Virus record (IMG/VR): IMGVR_UViG_3300002835_000169
Span: 1,061-65,060 of that record
DNA from: a virus
Taxonomy: Duplodnaviria; Caudoviricetes
Reading direction: 5' to 3' (one strand)
DNA length: 64,000 nucleotides
A program made the translations under genes and the position numbers. Of the stretch, positions 15,896 to 25,758 are shown piece by piece. The first letter of the stretch is position 1; the number at the start of each line of letters is the position of its first letter. A model generated the notes under the pieces. It was not told the origin of the DNA and searched no databases. It worked only from the letters and a program-made list of their open reading frames with translations.

Positions 15896-16428
15896 TATCG
15901 CCACGCTGGTTTCAAGTATGCAAGCATTGCTTGACGACGCTCATTGATTTCTGCAGGTGATGTAGCAACAGTATTTGCTTTACCGTCGTTAACAAGGTGA
16001 GGCGCTGGAAGTAACGCTACTTGTGGTGTACTGCGTAATGATTGATAAACATTTACGCCGTTTACATTTACGTAATTAGCTTTCATCTGACGTTCAATAC
16101 CAGACATAGGATTGATTCCATCAGGCCAGAAGTACATAGATGGCTCAATGCGCTCACCTTTGTGCACACCACGTTGATAGGCTTTTTGGTTGACGCGAGA
16201 CTTGATACTATCCAGCAAACGGTCATCACGACGTGAGCGGATAGTGCCAAGGTATCCATCAGGATACTCGGCAGATGGAACACGCCCCACACCAATGCGT
16301 GACGCATCCATAGGGTCACGGGCTACAGAAGTTCCTGAACCACCCTGATTGTTATAACCATAAACACCACCAGCACCTAGTGATTGCCAGTTTTGAGAAG
16401 GAGAAAAGTTGTTTGTACCGCCTGGCAT
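15895..16428 (-). CDS. hypothetical protein
   Basis: 177 aa, GAGGTG SD. Confidence 0.75.
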   Translation of the reverse strand: MPGGTNNFSPSQNWQSLGAGGVYGYNNQGGSGTSVARDPMDASRIGVGRVPSAEYPDGYLGTIRSRRDDRLLDSIKSRVNQKAYQRGVHKGERIEPSMYFWPDGINPMSGIERQMKANYVNVNGVNVYQSLRSTPQVALLPAPHLVNDGKANTVATSPAEINERRQAMLAYLKPAWR

Positions 16429-16486
16429 TTAATCACCTCAATCGTCTTAAAAAATAATGTGCCCTCCATGGGCTTGTTCTTACGAA

Positions 16487-16744
16487 CTAACCTTTTAAGA
16501 AGTTTGCTCCAGCGTCTGACTTTGGAAGCGGTGCTGAACCTGCATCATCAAAGTTCAACGTGCTACCAGATGTCTGACGAGACAACGATGCCCCTCTTTT
16601 TGGACGCCAAGCAGTTTGTTGACCAACACTTGTGTTGGTTGACTTGCTTAGTGACAGAGGAGCTTCAGTCTCTTCGTGGTATTGCGCTGCTCTACCAGTT
16701 TGACTTGTAGAACCGAACTCTGCAGAAGAAATAATGTCTGGCAT
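16487..16744 (-). CDS. hypothetical protein
   Basis: 85 aa. Confidence 0.65.
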   Translation of the reverse strand: MPDIISSAEFGSTSQTGRAAQYHEETEAPLSLSKSTNTSVGQQTAWRPKRGASLSRQTSGSTLNFDDAGSAPLPKSDAGANFLKG

Positions 16745-16745
16745 A

Positions 16746-17207
16746 TTAGTATGAAGCGCTGTTTCCGTCGTTAAAGTTTGGTGCTTGACGACCAGCTACT
16801 GAACGAACAGCTCTGCCACTTGACATTGTTGCTGATGCTGCTGGGTCGTGTCCTGCAGGAAACTTCACTGAGATGCGGTGACGAGCACCTGAACGCTCTG
16901 ACTGCGCTGCATTACCTGCAGAAACATTTGAGCGGTTTGCTTTTCCACCAGATGTTGGGTCTCCAGCTTGTGTGTTCTTCTTTGGCATTTGCTTACCAAC
17001 GGTTGGAGTTCCGCTTACATTGTTAAACTTTGCAGCGTCCATGCCCATATAACGACGTGGTGAAGCTGCGTGTTCTGCAGAAGCTAAAATTTCTTCTGTT
17101 GTTGGAATGTTTTTGCTCATATTCTTACCTGCTGATTCTAAGTGGTGGTTGGAAGGTGCGCCCATGCGACGTCGCATTGCGTGACCCATGTCTGTCCAAT
17201 TTGCCAT
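16746..17207 (-). CDS. disordered hypothetical protein
   Basis: 153 aa, AAGGAG SD, upstream TATCCT. Confidence 0.7.
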   Translation of the reverse strand: MANWTDMGHAMRRRMGAPSNHHLESAGKNMSKNIPTTEEILASAEHAASPRRYMGMDAAKFNNVSGTPTVGKQMPKKNTQAGDPTSGGKANRSNVSAGNAAQSERSGARHRISVKFPAGHDPAASATMSSGRAVRSVAGRQAPNFNDGNSASY

Positions 17208-17243
17208 GATTACTCCTTGCTTTGGTATAAGGATACGACGGTT

Positions 17244-17534
17244 TTAGCTTGCTGTAATGTGAAAGACGATTGCAGAAATTTCGCCGTCTCGTGACTCAAT
17301 AGTTGTAAACCCTGGCTTATCCGTTAAATCCATACCACGAGGGGCTACATACCCACGAGCAATGGCAATTGCTTTAACTGCTTGGTTTACTGCTCCTGCA
17401 CCAACAGCACGGAGTTTTACCTCACGCTTGTCGTAAATTGCATGGGCAATGGCTGAGGCTACGCTTTGCGGATTGGAGCTTGCGCTTACTCGCAAAAACG
17501 GCTCTTCTTGTGATGCTTCTGGTGTGTTACTCAA
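17244..17534 (-). CDS. spoVS: SpoVS-family protein
   Basis: LRVSASSNPQSVASAIA...AVGAGAVNQAVKAIAIARG...PGF...ISAIVF. Confidence 0.92.
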   Translation of the reverse strand: MSNTPEASQEEPFLRVSASSNPQSVASAIAHAIYDKREVKLRAVGAGAVNQAVKAIAIARGYVAPRGMDLTDKPGFTTIESRDGEISAIVFHITAS

Positions 17535-17587
17535 TTGTTAGTCCTTTGGTTCGGTTTCGTGTGCCACTCCCGAACTAAAGGATAGGT

Positions 17588-18175
17588 CTAAAACCGCGCT
17601 TGGTCTCGGTATTTAGGGTCTGACATTTGCTCAGCTACTGCCTTTTCAACTTCGTTAATTGAAAATTTTCCTACAAGGCGTGCTAAAGCGTAGGAATCGG
17701 CAGCATTGTCATCGTTGAACTCAACGCCCCATCGCTTGTATATCTGTAACAGCATCTCTTGCTTCTTGGCGTTCCCTTTACCTGATGCATACTTCTTCAA
17801 TGTCATTGGGGGAACTTTAAGGGGGAATCTACGTGGGTCATCTTCACCGTACATATCGTAGATAGCTAACCGTACCGTTGCTGAAAGTTCTCCAAGAACT
17901 AACGCTGCTTGGCTTGCAAGAACTGTCCCTTCCATTGCTAAATCTACAACATCTAAATCATGTTCTTCTAGGTACATTAAATGGTCTGTTAACCATTGAC
18001 GAATATCTACAAGACGTTCAATTCCAAAGTAAGGAGATTTGTACACCCAAGTGATGTGTTTCTTCGGGTCATCTAATGAGAGCGCAGTTAGCGCAAATCC
18101 TGTAAGGGATTGGTCAATGCCGATTGTTACATTACCTGCAGTGTTTAATCCGCCGTCTATTACCTTAGTTGTCAT
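17588..18175 (-). CDS. RuvC-like Holliday junction resolvase
   Basis: IGIDQSLTGFA, AMEG, PPMTLKKYASGKGNAKK, DNAADS. Confidence 0.88.
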   Translation of the reverse strand: MTTKVIDGGLNTAGNVTIGIDQSLTGFALTALSLDDPKKHITWVYKSPYFGIERLVDIRQWLTDHLMYLEEHDLDVVDLAMEGTVLASQAALVLGELSATVRLAIYDMYGEDDPRRFPLKVPPMTLKKYASGKGNAKKQEMLLQIYKRWGVEFNDDNAADSYALARLVGKFSINEVEKAVAEQMSDPKYRDQARF

Positions 18176-18704
18176 GAGGGTAGGAGTCCATTCTTGTGTG
18201 AACTAGTGACTCTAGTTCCTCAAGCGTTCCCCCGTTGTGTAAAATCTTATCTACTTTATACCCATCTAAATCGGATTCAGAAACGTGGGCATTAATTGCC
18301 GCAACTCCTGGACGTTTAACTCTCCAAAGTTGCCCATTACGTTGCTTAATACATTCAGCTTCGTTTACAAATCTAACATCAGAAATAACAATATTGTCTT
18401 TAGAGTTTAGGTCTTTCAAGGCTTGATGAATCCAAAAATCATCTCCAAAAGTTTTACGAGCACCTACACCTAAACTTTGAAGCAAATGCCTTATTTCAGG
18501 AAACAGAATCTTTGCTTGGTCCCAACCATAGGCACTAACAACGCCTTCAACTCTAAACCCGTCTCTAATAAAAGGATTTGTTTCAATTAACAACTCTCTA
18601 ATCTTGTCTGCAAATGCAACACGGGTATACCCATAATTTTGAACAAGACTATTTGCAACACTGTCCTTACCTGATTGTGCGTAACCTGTTAGGCCGATAA
18701 TCAT
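18165..18704 (-). CDS. deoxynucleoside monophosphate kinase
   Basis: IIGLTGYAQSGKD, FADKIR, ISDVRFVNE, HVSE. Confidence 0.9.
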   Translation of the reverse strand: MIIGLTGYAQSGKDSVANSLVQNYGYTRVAFADKIRELLIETNPFIRDGFRVEGVVSAYGWDQAKILFPEIRHLLQSLGVGARKTFGDDFWIHQALKDLNSKDNIVISDVRFVNEAECIKQRNGQLWRVKRPGVAAINAHVSESDLDGYKVDKILHNGGTLEELESLVHTRMDSYPHDN

Positions 18705-19189
18705 GCGGAGAACTTATCCTTTCGTGTTGAACGGAAATCATTTGTACGACGAGTAATCTCACGAGAAACCAACGCCACATCTCTTTCAAAGTTGTTGGCT
18801 ACAACCTCTACCATCTTGCGGTATGCGTAAGCGTGAGTAAGTTGGTCTTCTAAATCCATAATCTTTGGGTCAGCAGCAACTTGAGCTTTGATGAGAGTTA
18901 CTCTCTCACCTTTAACTTTTGAATTGTCTTTAGCTAAAAACAATTGAGCCTCTAAAGAGTCTTTCTTTTTATTTAGAACATGCTCATCTACTTGACAGGC
19001 AGCTAATTGACCCGCAACAAAATTAGACCAAGCAGTTAACTGAGTAAAGAGGGCACTAAGTTCGTCACTATCTAAGACAGAGATGTCTCGTGGCATTTTT
19101 GGTTGCTCTGATTGGTCAGGCCACATATTAATGTTTTGTTCTGTCATACGCTTTACTGCTAAAGACGACATTGGACCTAAATTAAGCAC
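18701..19189 (-). CDS. coiled-coil protein (possible recombination mediator)
   Basis: Helical 162-aa ORF in the recombination cluster. Confidence 0.6.
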   Translation of the reverse strand: MLNLGPMSSLAVKRMTEQNINMWPDQSEQPKMPRDISVLDSDELSALFTQLTAWSNFVAGQLAACQVDEHVLNKKKDSLEAQLFLAKDNSKVKGERVTLIKAQVAADPKIMDLEDQLTHAYAYRKMVEVVANNFERDVALVSREITRRTNDFRSTRKDKFSA

Positions 19190-20039
19190 CCCACTCCTCC
19201 AAATCCACTAAAGAGTTACAAGACTTGCAACCATCAGAACTAACGTTGCACTCAGGCATCTTCTTTGCTTTTACAGCAGCAATTACCTTTGATGCGCTAA
19301 AGAAAATACGTTCAACAATCTCATAGTCTGCTTTAACAGTGAACTCTTTAGTTGCTTGGTCTGCCTTATTCTCGTACAAGAAAACAATCTCTTTTGGCGC
19401 TTCATCACCATACATACGGTGCGCTAATTCTAAATACATCTGACCTTGCAGTAAGTGGCTGCGGAATGGACGGCGAATGTTGTTGAATGCTTTGGTCATA
19501 TCTCCGCCAGCATCTGCAAGGATATCGGGGGCTTCAAAGCGTAGGGTTCCTGCGCCAATAGACTTGATTTCAATTAAGCAATCATCTCCGATGTCTTTAA
19601 TCCAACCATCTGTATGACCTGCAATCCGTAGGTTGTCATCTACAAGGGTGACTTCTCGGTACTCCATAACATCTTTACGCCCACAATCTTTGCAGGCTGG
19701 AGAAATACCTATGGTCATTACCTGGCAAGCTAAACACTCAAACTTTCCATAAAGAACATTCATTGCCTGAAAACGAGACTGCCATTTAGCGTGAATGTAG
19801 TGTCCTTCGTCAAATATGTTTTGCAATCTAAGATTTGGTTTGGTTCTATTCGCTTCTCCACCCGTTAGTAAATGGTACGAATAACGGTGACACCAGTCAG
19901 GTTTGATTATTTCTGACGGGTGGAGTACGTCTTGGCGGCGGTCGTCTAACGGACGGCGCATAAGGTACCGTTCAACATCACCCAATAAGCGTGTTGTCGT
20001 CTTCTTTGCATCTAAGAACTTCTTTAGTTCTGTAGCCAT
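19182..20039 (-). CDS. Cas4-like PD-(D/E)XK exonuclease
   Basis: HPSE...C, GHTDG, IEIKS, QGQMY, terminal C...CKSC. Confidence 0.85.
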   Translation of the reverse strand: MATELKKFLDAKKTTTRLLGDVERYLMRRPLDDRRQDVLHPSEIIKPDWCHRYSYHLLTGGEANRTKPNLRLQNIFDEGHYIHAKWQSRFQAMNVLYGKFECLACQVMTIGISPACKDCGRKDVMEYREVTLVDDNLRIAGHTDGWIKDIGDDCLIEIKSIGAGTLRFEAPDILADAGGDMTKAFNNIRRPFRSHLLQGQMYLELAHRMYGDEAPKEIVFLYENKADQATKEFTVKADYEIVERIFFSASKVIAAVKAKKMPECNVSSDGCKSCNSLVDLEEWGA

Positions 20040-20040
20040 G

Positions 20041-20373
20041 TTAGTCCTTACTGAAAATAAACTCCTTAAGAGTCATTTTCTTAGCGAATGATTTTTTCCA
20101 CTTACGTATTAAAGCATTTCTTTCTCTGTGGCTCAATCCTCCCCAGATTCCGTGTGGTTCGTCACGAGTGACTGCATCCCACAAACAATCTTTTAGTACA
20201 GGGCACGGATTCTTACCATTTTCACCAAGGCAATAAACCTTGGCTTTATCGGCAATTAATTTATATCGGTCCTTATCTCTTGGAGGATAGAAAATATCTT
20301 CTTCCTCTTGGCTTTTAGGTGCGGCTCCAAAGCAACGTGCTTTAGACCACCACGGTGATTCATTTTCGTACAT
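20041..20373 (-). CDS. whiB: WhiB-family transcription factor
   Basis: Four Cys plus GIWGGLSHRER. Confidence 0.92.
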   Translation of the reverse strand: MYENESPWWSKARCFGAAPKSQEEEDIFYPPRDKDRYKLIADKAKVYCLGENGKNPCPVLKDCLWDAVTRDEPHGIWGGLSHRERNALIRKWKKSFAKKMTLKEFIFSKD

Positions 20374-20376
20374 ATA

Positions 20377-20694
20377 TTAAGCATCCTTTAGACGGTCCCT
20401 CATCTCTAGAAAGTCGTCTTCAAGAAGAATTACGTAATTCTCCCCATCTAAATGGACGCCCAATACTGGCATACGTCCATCAAGGATGGCCTCTGTCGTT
20501 ATTTTCTTCAACACCTCTGCCTTTACAGAAAAAGATTTCTTCCCTGTAAACTTATGCTCAATCAAGAGGTCGCTTGACCGAACATCTCCCTTATGGGACC
20601 AAAAGGCTCCAGATGCAGCCATAGTTTTACCGCCAATTTTCTTAGCTAGTCTTTTTTCGTGCTTCTGGGATTGCTTTTGGCCTTCAGTCTTCAT
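20377..20694 (-). CDS. Hjc-like PD-(D/E)XK endonuclease
   Basis: HEKRLAK...SGA...KGDV...IEHK; start MKTEG at 20694. Confidence 0.75.
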   Translation of the reverse strand: MKTEGQKQSQKHEKRLAKKIGGKTMAASGAFWSHKGDVRSSDLLIEHKFTGKKSFSVKAEVLKKITTEAILDGRMPVLGVHLDGENYVILLEDDFLEMRDRLKDA

Positions 20695-21730
20695 CAATTG
20701 CCAATGGTGCTGCATCTGATGAGAGTACTGCAGTTTGTATTGCTTCTTTAAGGTCAACTTCTTCACGGATACTTGCAATGACAGACTCAATGCCCTGCCA
20801 CTTACGCTCACCGTGATAGAACCAACCACCTTTGCGTTCAATAACGCCCATGATTACACCAAGAGAGGCGATTTCTTTAGCAAAATCAAACTCCCCAGGT
20901 TCACAGGCGCCACCTGGCGCAAAGTAGAAATCAAAGTATGCAACACGCTGTGGTGGTGCAGTCTTGTTCTTTAATGTGCGAACAACAATCTGTTGTCCAA
21001 CTCTAACCTTGTTTGTGCCTGAACCAATTTCAATCCATTCCTTACGGCGTACTTCACAGCGGGTAAAGAACGCATAGTTCTTTCCTTCTCCGCCAGGGGT
21101 TGTGCGAGGGTCACCGTGCATTACACCGATTTTCATTCGGTACTGGTTGATAATCAACCCAAGAACAGGACGCTCATCCTCAGTTAGAGAACGTTTCATT
21201 GCTGTGCCAACTACACGGAAAAACTTATTTGTAAGAAGTGCTCCACGACCAACGGTTGCCTCGCTCATATCTTTTTCCATCTCTGGCATTGGGGAGAGGG
21301 CTGGTAATGAATCAATAACAATTGCGTCTACAGATTTGGACTCAGCAAACTCAATGACTGCTTGGTATGCCTCCTCCATAACAGACGTTTCAATAACAAT
21401 AACGCGAGACGTATCTACGCCACACATTTCGGCGTACTCTGGCACCCATTGTTCGGCAGCTACCCACACAGTTGTGTAGTCAGCGTTTAATGCTTGATTC
21501 GCTGCAATAGTTTTAAGAGCGAGAGCTGTCTTGCCGTGCGACGGTTCCCCAATGAGTTCATTCCATTGGTTACCAGGGAAACCCCCACCCAATACAAAGT
21601 CAAGGGTAGTAGAGCCACTAGTGATACGAGGAATAATGTCGCTCCGAATATCGGACGCCATAACGACAACATCGCCTTTAAACTTCTTGTTAAGTTGTGC
21701 AATAAGTTTGCGTGCATCAGCATTTATCAA
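20684..21730 (-). CDS. recA: RecA-like recombinase
   Basis: GEPSHGKT, IVIDS, INQYRMKIGVMHGDPRTTPGG; TTG21730 after GGAGAG. Confidence 0.95.
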   Translation of the reverse strand: MINADARKLIAQLNKKFKGDVVVMASDIRSDIIPRITSGSTTLDFVLGGGFPGNQWNELIGEPSHGKTALALKTIAANQALNADYTTVWVAAEQWVPEYAEMCGVDTSRVIVIETSVMEEAYQAVIEFAESKSVDAIVIDSLPALSPMPEMEKDMSEATVGRGALLTNKFFRVVGTAMKRSLTEDERPVLGLIINQYRMKIGVMHGDPRTTPGGEGKNYAFFTRCEVRRKEWIEIGSGTNKVRVGQQIVVRTLKNKTAPPQRVAYFDFYFAPGGACEPGEFDFAKEIASLGVIMGVIERKGGWFYHGERKWQGIESVIASIREEVDLKEAIQTAVLSSDAAPLAIDED

Positions 21731-22101
21731 TTTACTCTCCCAATAATCCCTTGTGGATTCCAATTACTTTGAACGTCATTTCCTTGCGCAGACTTTGCAC
21801 TGCCTTCTACTGTGGCTCCAGTCAATGAACCGTAACGACTTCCTGCTTGTGTTATTGGGTACCCACAGTCATAACATCTGGCTGCAGCGTTCTGGACTGC
21901 CATGTAGTTGTTACCGCCGCACTCAGGGCAGGAATCAGTTTGACTTGCACTTTGTGCTTTAGAAAGTGGTTGCGTGTATGCAGGCTGTGGCATTGCAGCC
22001 AATGGCTGCTGTGAAGGTGGCATTGGCACATCTGCGGGACGTGCAGCAGGTTGCGCAGGTTGCGCTCCAAGTTGTTTAGCCCACCAGTCTGCAGTACTCA
22101 T
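21727..22101 (-). CDS. Pro/Gln-rich Zn-ribbon protein
   Basis: CPEC...CYDC. Confidence 0.7.
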   Translation of the reverse strand: MSTADWWAKQLGAQPAQPAARPADVPMPPSQQPLAAMPQPAYTQPLSKAQSASQTDSCPECGGNNYMAVQNAAARCYDCGYPITQAGSRYGSLTGATVEGSAKSAQGNDVQSNWNPQGIIGRVN

Positions 22102-24098
22102 TTTGCTTCTCCCCACTTGTCTACAATTTTTACATCAGCAATAAGAGGAACAGTCATCTCTGGTAGGTGGATACCTTCCATAGATAACCGAATTGCTTCG
22201 GCTGTCTCTTCTGCTAAATCTTCACGTGCAACTGTAACGAGTTCATCGTGTACCGTCAACACCACATTAACATCTGGCTCATCTATAAAACAAGAATGTG
22301 CTCTAACAATGGCGAGTTTCATCAAATCTGCTGCAGAACCTTGGATAACGGTGTTAAATGCTTGTCGGTCTGCTCTGCTCCGAAGTCCTTTATCTGTGGA
22401 CTTTAGGTCAGGGATGTAACGACGGCGACCAAAAACAGTCTCTACAAAAGGAGTTGGAGATTGTTGGCTAGCTAATCGCGTGACCTTTGCTTTGTATTTA
22501 GCAATCGCATTAAACCTGTCGGTAAAGTCATTCAAAAGTTTTCTTGCTGCGTCCACAGTTAATCCAAGAGACGAAGCAATTTTGTCAGGCCCCACACCGT
22601 AGGTCATAGCTAAAACCAGTACTTTACCTGCTTTACGGTCAAGGCCAACGGTGTCGCCAATAGTTGTGTAGATGTCTTTACCATTTAAATAGTTGTCCAT
22701 CATAATTGGGTCGTTAGAAAATGAAGCAACAATTCGTGGCTCAATCTGAGAGTAATCAGCGACTACTAACTTGTAACCATCAGGTGCTACAAAGAGATTA
22801 CGAATCAATTTTCCATACTGACCACTGCTTGGAATGTTCTGTAAGTTTGGGTCACTACTGGAAAAACGCCCTGTCTCTGCTCCGTGCGACTTAAAGCTTG
22901 TGTGTACTTTTCCGTTAATTAAAAGAGATTTCTTTTCAATAATGCGTGACTTACCTGCATTAGTACGGACAATGTCTCCGCCTAGATAAGGCATTACATA
23001 TGTAGTCATAAGTTTGTTTAAGTCTTGATACTCAAGAATGGCATCAACAAGCTCATCTTTAGAGCGATAAAACTCTAACGCTTCTGATGAAACAGAGTAC
23101 TGGTTAATAGTCAAAGGTAACCTTGCGGCTAACATATCTTGACCCTTAGTAGTCAAAGCAATCTTAACCTTGAGATTAGGTTTAATACCACGACCACCTT
23201 CTTCTTTAGGTGAAAATAACAGTTTCTGTTTTTCTTGCACAGAGTTCATAGGAAATGGCTTACCTGCAAGTCGGTATGCACGAGCAACTGCAGCATCAAT
23301 GTCTATCTCAAGGCGTTTTTTTAAATTAGTTAACTCTTCCACATCAACAGTTGCTCCAGCTAACTCCATGTCACAAAGTGCGCCAACAATATCCATCTCT
23401 AAACCCCACACACGAGCAAGACTTCCAGTTAACTTAGGCGCCAACTCTTTGTACAACTTCCAAGTAACCTCAGAGTCAAACCCTGAGTAATGTGCTACCT
23501 CTGAAAAGGAGTGGACCTCAACCATTGCTCCAATACCTTTTTCAACTTTAATCTTCAGATACTTTTCAGCACAGTCTTTTAGGCCAAGCTTTCCACGATT
23601 ACGGTTGTCAATAACAAAAGCAGCCATCAAAGTGTCAAAGAAAGGCTTCTTGGGTACTACGCCTCTGTAATACTTAGCAATTGATTTGAGGTCAAACTTA
23701 ATGTTATGACCAACCTTTAACTGGTCACTAAAAAACAATGGCTTTAATGCTTTAAACACATCGCCTGGCAACAACTGCTCTGGTGGCGCATCAAACACTG
23801 GAGTCCACTTGGCTTGGTTCTTTGAGTAGTCAGTTTCTTTTAGCTCTTTACCTGCAGCAAGTTTCTTTTGACCACTTAACAATAGTTCTTTATCCCACTT
23901 TAAAAAGTCACCATTAGGATGACCCATAGGAATTACATCTGTACGACCCTCAGTAGCTAATGACAGCCACAACACATCATTTACAACAGGTTGGATTCTA
24001 TTTTCTCCAACTGTTTCTACGTCAAATGCAAAACCATCTACCTTGGAGTAAAACTCAACAAGTTCTTCAAGTTGTTTCTTAGTTGTAATTATGTTCAT
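22098..24098 (-). CDS. polA: family A DNA polymerase (3'-5' exo + pol)
   Basis: FDVET, GHNIKFD, TGRFSSSDPNLQN, ADYSQIE, motif B K..LAMTYG, VHDE. Confidence 0.96.
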   Translation of the reverse strand: MNIITTKKQLEELVEFYSKVDGFAFDVETVGENRIQPVVNDVLWLSLATEGRTDVIPMGHPNGDFLKWDKELLLSGQKKLAAGKELKETDYSKNQAKWTPVFDAPPEQLLPGDVFKALKPLFFSDQLKVGHNIKFDLKSIAKYYRGVVPKKPFFDTLMAAFVIDNRNRGKLGLKDCAEKYLKIKVEKGIGAMVEVHSFSEVAHYSGFDSEVTWKLYKELAPKLTGSLARVWGLEMDIVGALCDMELAGATVDVEELTNLKKRLEIDIDAAVARAYRLAGKPFPMNSVQEKQKLLFSPKEEGGRGIKPNLKVKIALTTKGQDMLAARLPLTINQYSVSSEALEFYRSKDELVDAILEYQDLNKLMTTYVMPYLGGDIVRTNAGKSRIIEKKSLLINGKVHTSFKSHGAETGRFSSSDPNLQNIPSSGQYGKLIRNLFVAPDGYKLVVADYSQIEPRIVASFSNDPIMMDNYLNGKDIYTTIGDTVGLDRKAGKVLVLAMTYGVGPDKIASSLGLTVDAARKLLNDFTDRFNAIAKYKAKVTRLASQQSPTPFVETVFGRRRYIPDLKSTDKGLRSRADRQAFNTVIQGSAADLMKLAIVRAHSCFIDEPDVNVVLTVHDELVTVAREDLAEETAEAIRLSMEGIHLPEMTVPLIADVKIVDKWGEAK

Positions 24099-24120
24099 TT
24101 AATACCCCTCAAGTTAGTGT

Positions 24121-24159
24121 GTAGTAGGGGCCTGGAAACGGAAGACAGGCCCCTACTAC
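24121..24159 (-). terminator. 14-bp hairpin between SSB and polA (terminator or processing site)
   Basis: GTAGTAGGGGCCTG-N11-CAGGCCCCTACTAC, no U tract. Confidence 0.55.
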
Positions 24160-24169
24160 TGTGGAAGTT

Positions 24170-24820
24170 TTACGCTATTGAACGTGCGATTTCAAGAAGT
24201 TCAGAGCGAGGGGTCTCTCGGACTACTTCGTCTGCCGTAAATGACTCAGCAGATGCAATCTGTTCATTAACGTTTTCAAGGTCTAACTTCCACTCCTCGG
24301 CAAGGTCACGTCCACGTACATAGTTGAGGGTGTACTGTGTCGTTGGACCTGTTCCCATGCGAGAAATTTCCCAGAACTCACGGTCAAGTGGTCCCTTACG
24401 CTCATCGTCATGAGCCTTCTTAATCTGACGAGCCAATGATGGTGGAGCAGTTAGAACCTGCACACCTGTAGTCTCGCCAACAAGAACGAGAATGTTAAAA
24501 GCAAATTTGCCACGAGGCTTATCACCAAGGATGTCGCAAAGTGGGCATGTGTCTCCGATACATACAAAGGACTTCTTGCCCTTTGGACGTTCAATCCAGT
24601 GCTGCTCGTAAGTAGCAAACGGACGGTCTTGGAGGAACTTGATGAGCTGTGGCTCATCTGAGAAACGGAAATCAGTTGGGAACTCTGAGTTGTCTGTCTT
24701 TAACAGAGCATCTACTGCATCCCAACCTTCTTGTACGGTTGTTCCAACCTTTGGCTGGATTGTTTCGCTGTCTTCAGCGAGGTATGTGTCAGCATCAACT
24801 GACGGTTTTGCAATCGGCAT
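24170..24820 (-). CDS. gp32-like single-stranded DNA-binding protein
   Basis: QHW...FVC...CPLC Zn site, OB-like strands, position beside the polymerase. Confidence 0.7.
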   Translation of the reverse strand: MPIAKPSVDADTYLAEDSETIQPKVGTTVQEGWDAVDALLKTDNSEFPTDFRFSDEPQLIKFLQDRPFATYEQHWIERPKGKKSFVCIGDTCPLCDILGDKPRGKFAFNILVLVGETTGVQVLTAPPSLARQIKKAHDDERKGPLDREFWEISRMGTGPTTQYTLNYVRGRDLAEEWKLDLENVNEQIASAESFTADEVVRETPRSELLEIARSIA

Positions 24821-24842
24821 TTGGTTCCTTTGGTAATGAGGC

Positions 24843-25319
24843 CTAACGGCTCTCGGTGGATGTGATGTCCTTCCAGCGGCTAATTAGTGCCTCTGTAAGG
24901 TCTTCGTGCTGGCCCCACTCTACGCGAGCAGTGCCTATCAAGCCTCTCTTGGCGAACTCGTCAACAGTGGCTTCAATCAGCGCTCTAGTGTATACCCGAT
25001 TGCCTCCAGTTTTCTTGCCACCAAGTGTCTTGGCACGAAGTCTGTATGGCGCTCTTGGTATGTAACCTTTGCGCTCCCATAAACGGATAGTCACAATCTG
25101 TTTTTCCAACGCTAGTGCTAATGCACCGATTGTAAATACTTCTGTGTCTTCTCCGCCTAATCGCTTAATGATTGGGTTTGCATCCCAACCGTTTGTTTCT
25201 CCCGCCTTACGACGAGAAACCTTTGGGTCTGCCTCACGGCGTTTCTTCTTTGAGCCAGGTATGTATTCTAAATCGGCAAATGCCTTTTCAATTTCATCCT
25301 GCCCTCTTAATCCAGCCAT
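24843..25319 (-). CDS. MerR-like HTH protein
   Basis: FTIGALA...TIRLWERKGYIP...RVYT. Confidence 0.75.
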   Translation of the reverse strand: MAGLRGQDEIEKAFADLEYIPGSKKKRREADPKVSRRKAGETNGWDANPIIKRLGGEDTEVFTIGALALALEKQIVTIRLWERKGYIPRAPYRLRAKTLGGKKTGGNRVYTRALIEATVDEFAKRGLIGTARVEWGQHEDLTEALISRWKDITSTESR

Positions 25320-25320
25320 G

Positions 25321-25758
25321 TTACTTCTTTAGCACCAATGCCCAAGTAATTGACTGTGGATACATCTCGTCTACTTCTTCTTCCGTAAGAACGTCTTCGT
25401 ATAGAGCGGCCATTAATGCGTCTTCATCTACAACACGAATTGTCTTATACAAAACATCTTCAAGCTCGTGTTCAGTAATGATTTCTTCTGCTCGCGCTTC
25501 GTCAATCTTGCGAGATACACGGCGTTGTTTAACTACTGCGGAGTAACCCTCTACTTCTTCTGGAAGTTCAATAACAACATTGCCTTTGTCATCTTCTTCG
25601 CCAATTTCATCAAGGTTCTCAAACAACAATGCACGGAGTGCTTTCTGTTCCTTCTCAAGAAAATCTAACTGTGACTTTAAAAAAGCGTACTTCTTAGTGC
25701 GAGCAATTAAATCATTCTCGTCTGAGAAACGCGGTTCATCATTTTTTACTCTTGCCAT
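25321..25758 (-). CDS. hypothetical acidic coiled-coil protein
   Basis: 145 aa. Confidence 0.7.
   Translation of the reverse strand: MARVKNDEPRFSDENDLIARTKKYAFLKSQLDFLEKEQKALRALLFENLDEIGEEDDKGNVVIELPEEVEGYSAVVKQRRVSRKIDEARAEEIITEHELEDVLYKTIRVVDEDALMAALYEDVLTEEEVDEMYPQSITWALVLKK

Noticed and set aside
17535-17587. tRNA in the spoVS upstream gap
   Set aside because: Too short; only a small hairpin, no cloverleaf.
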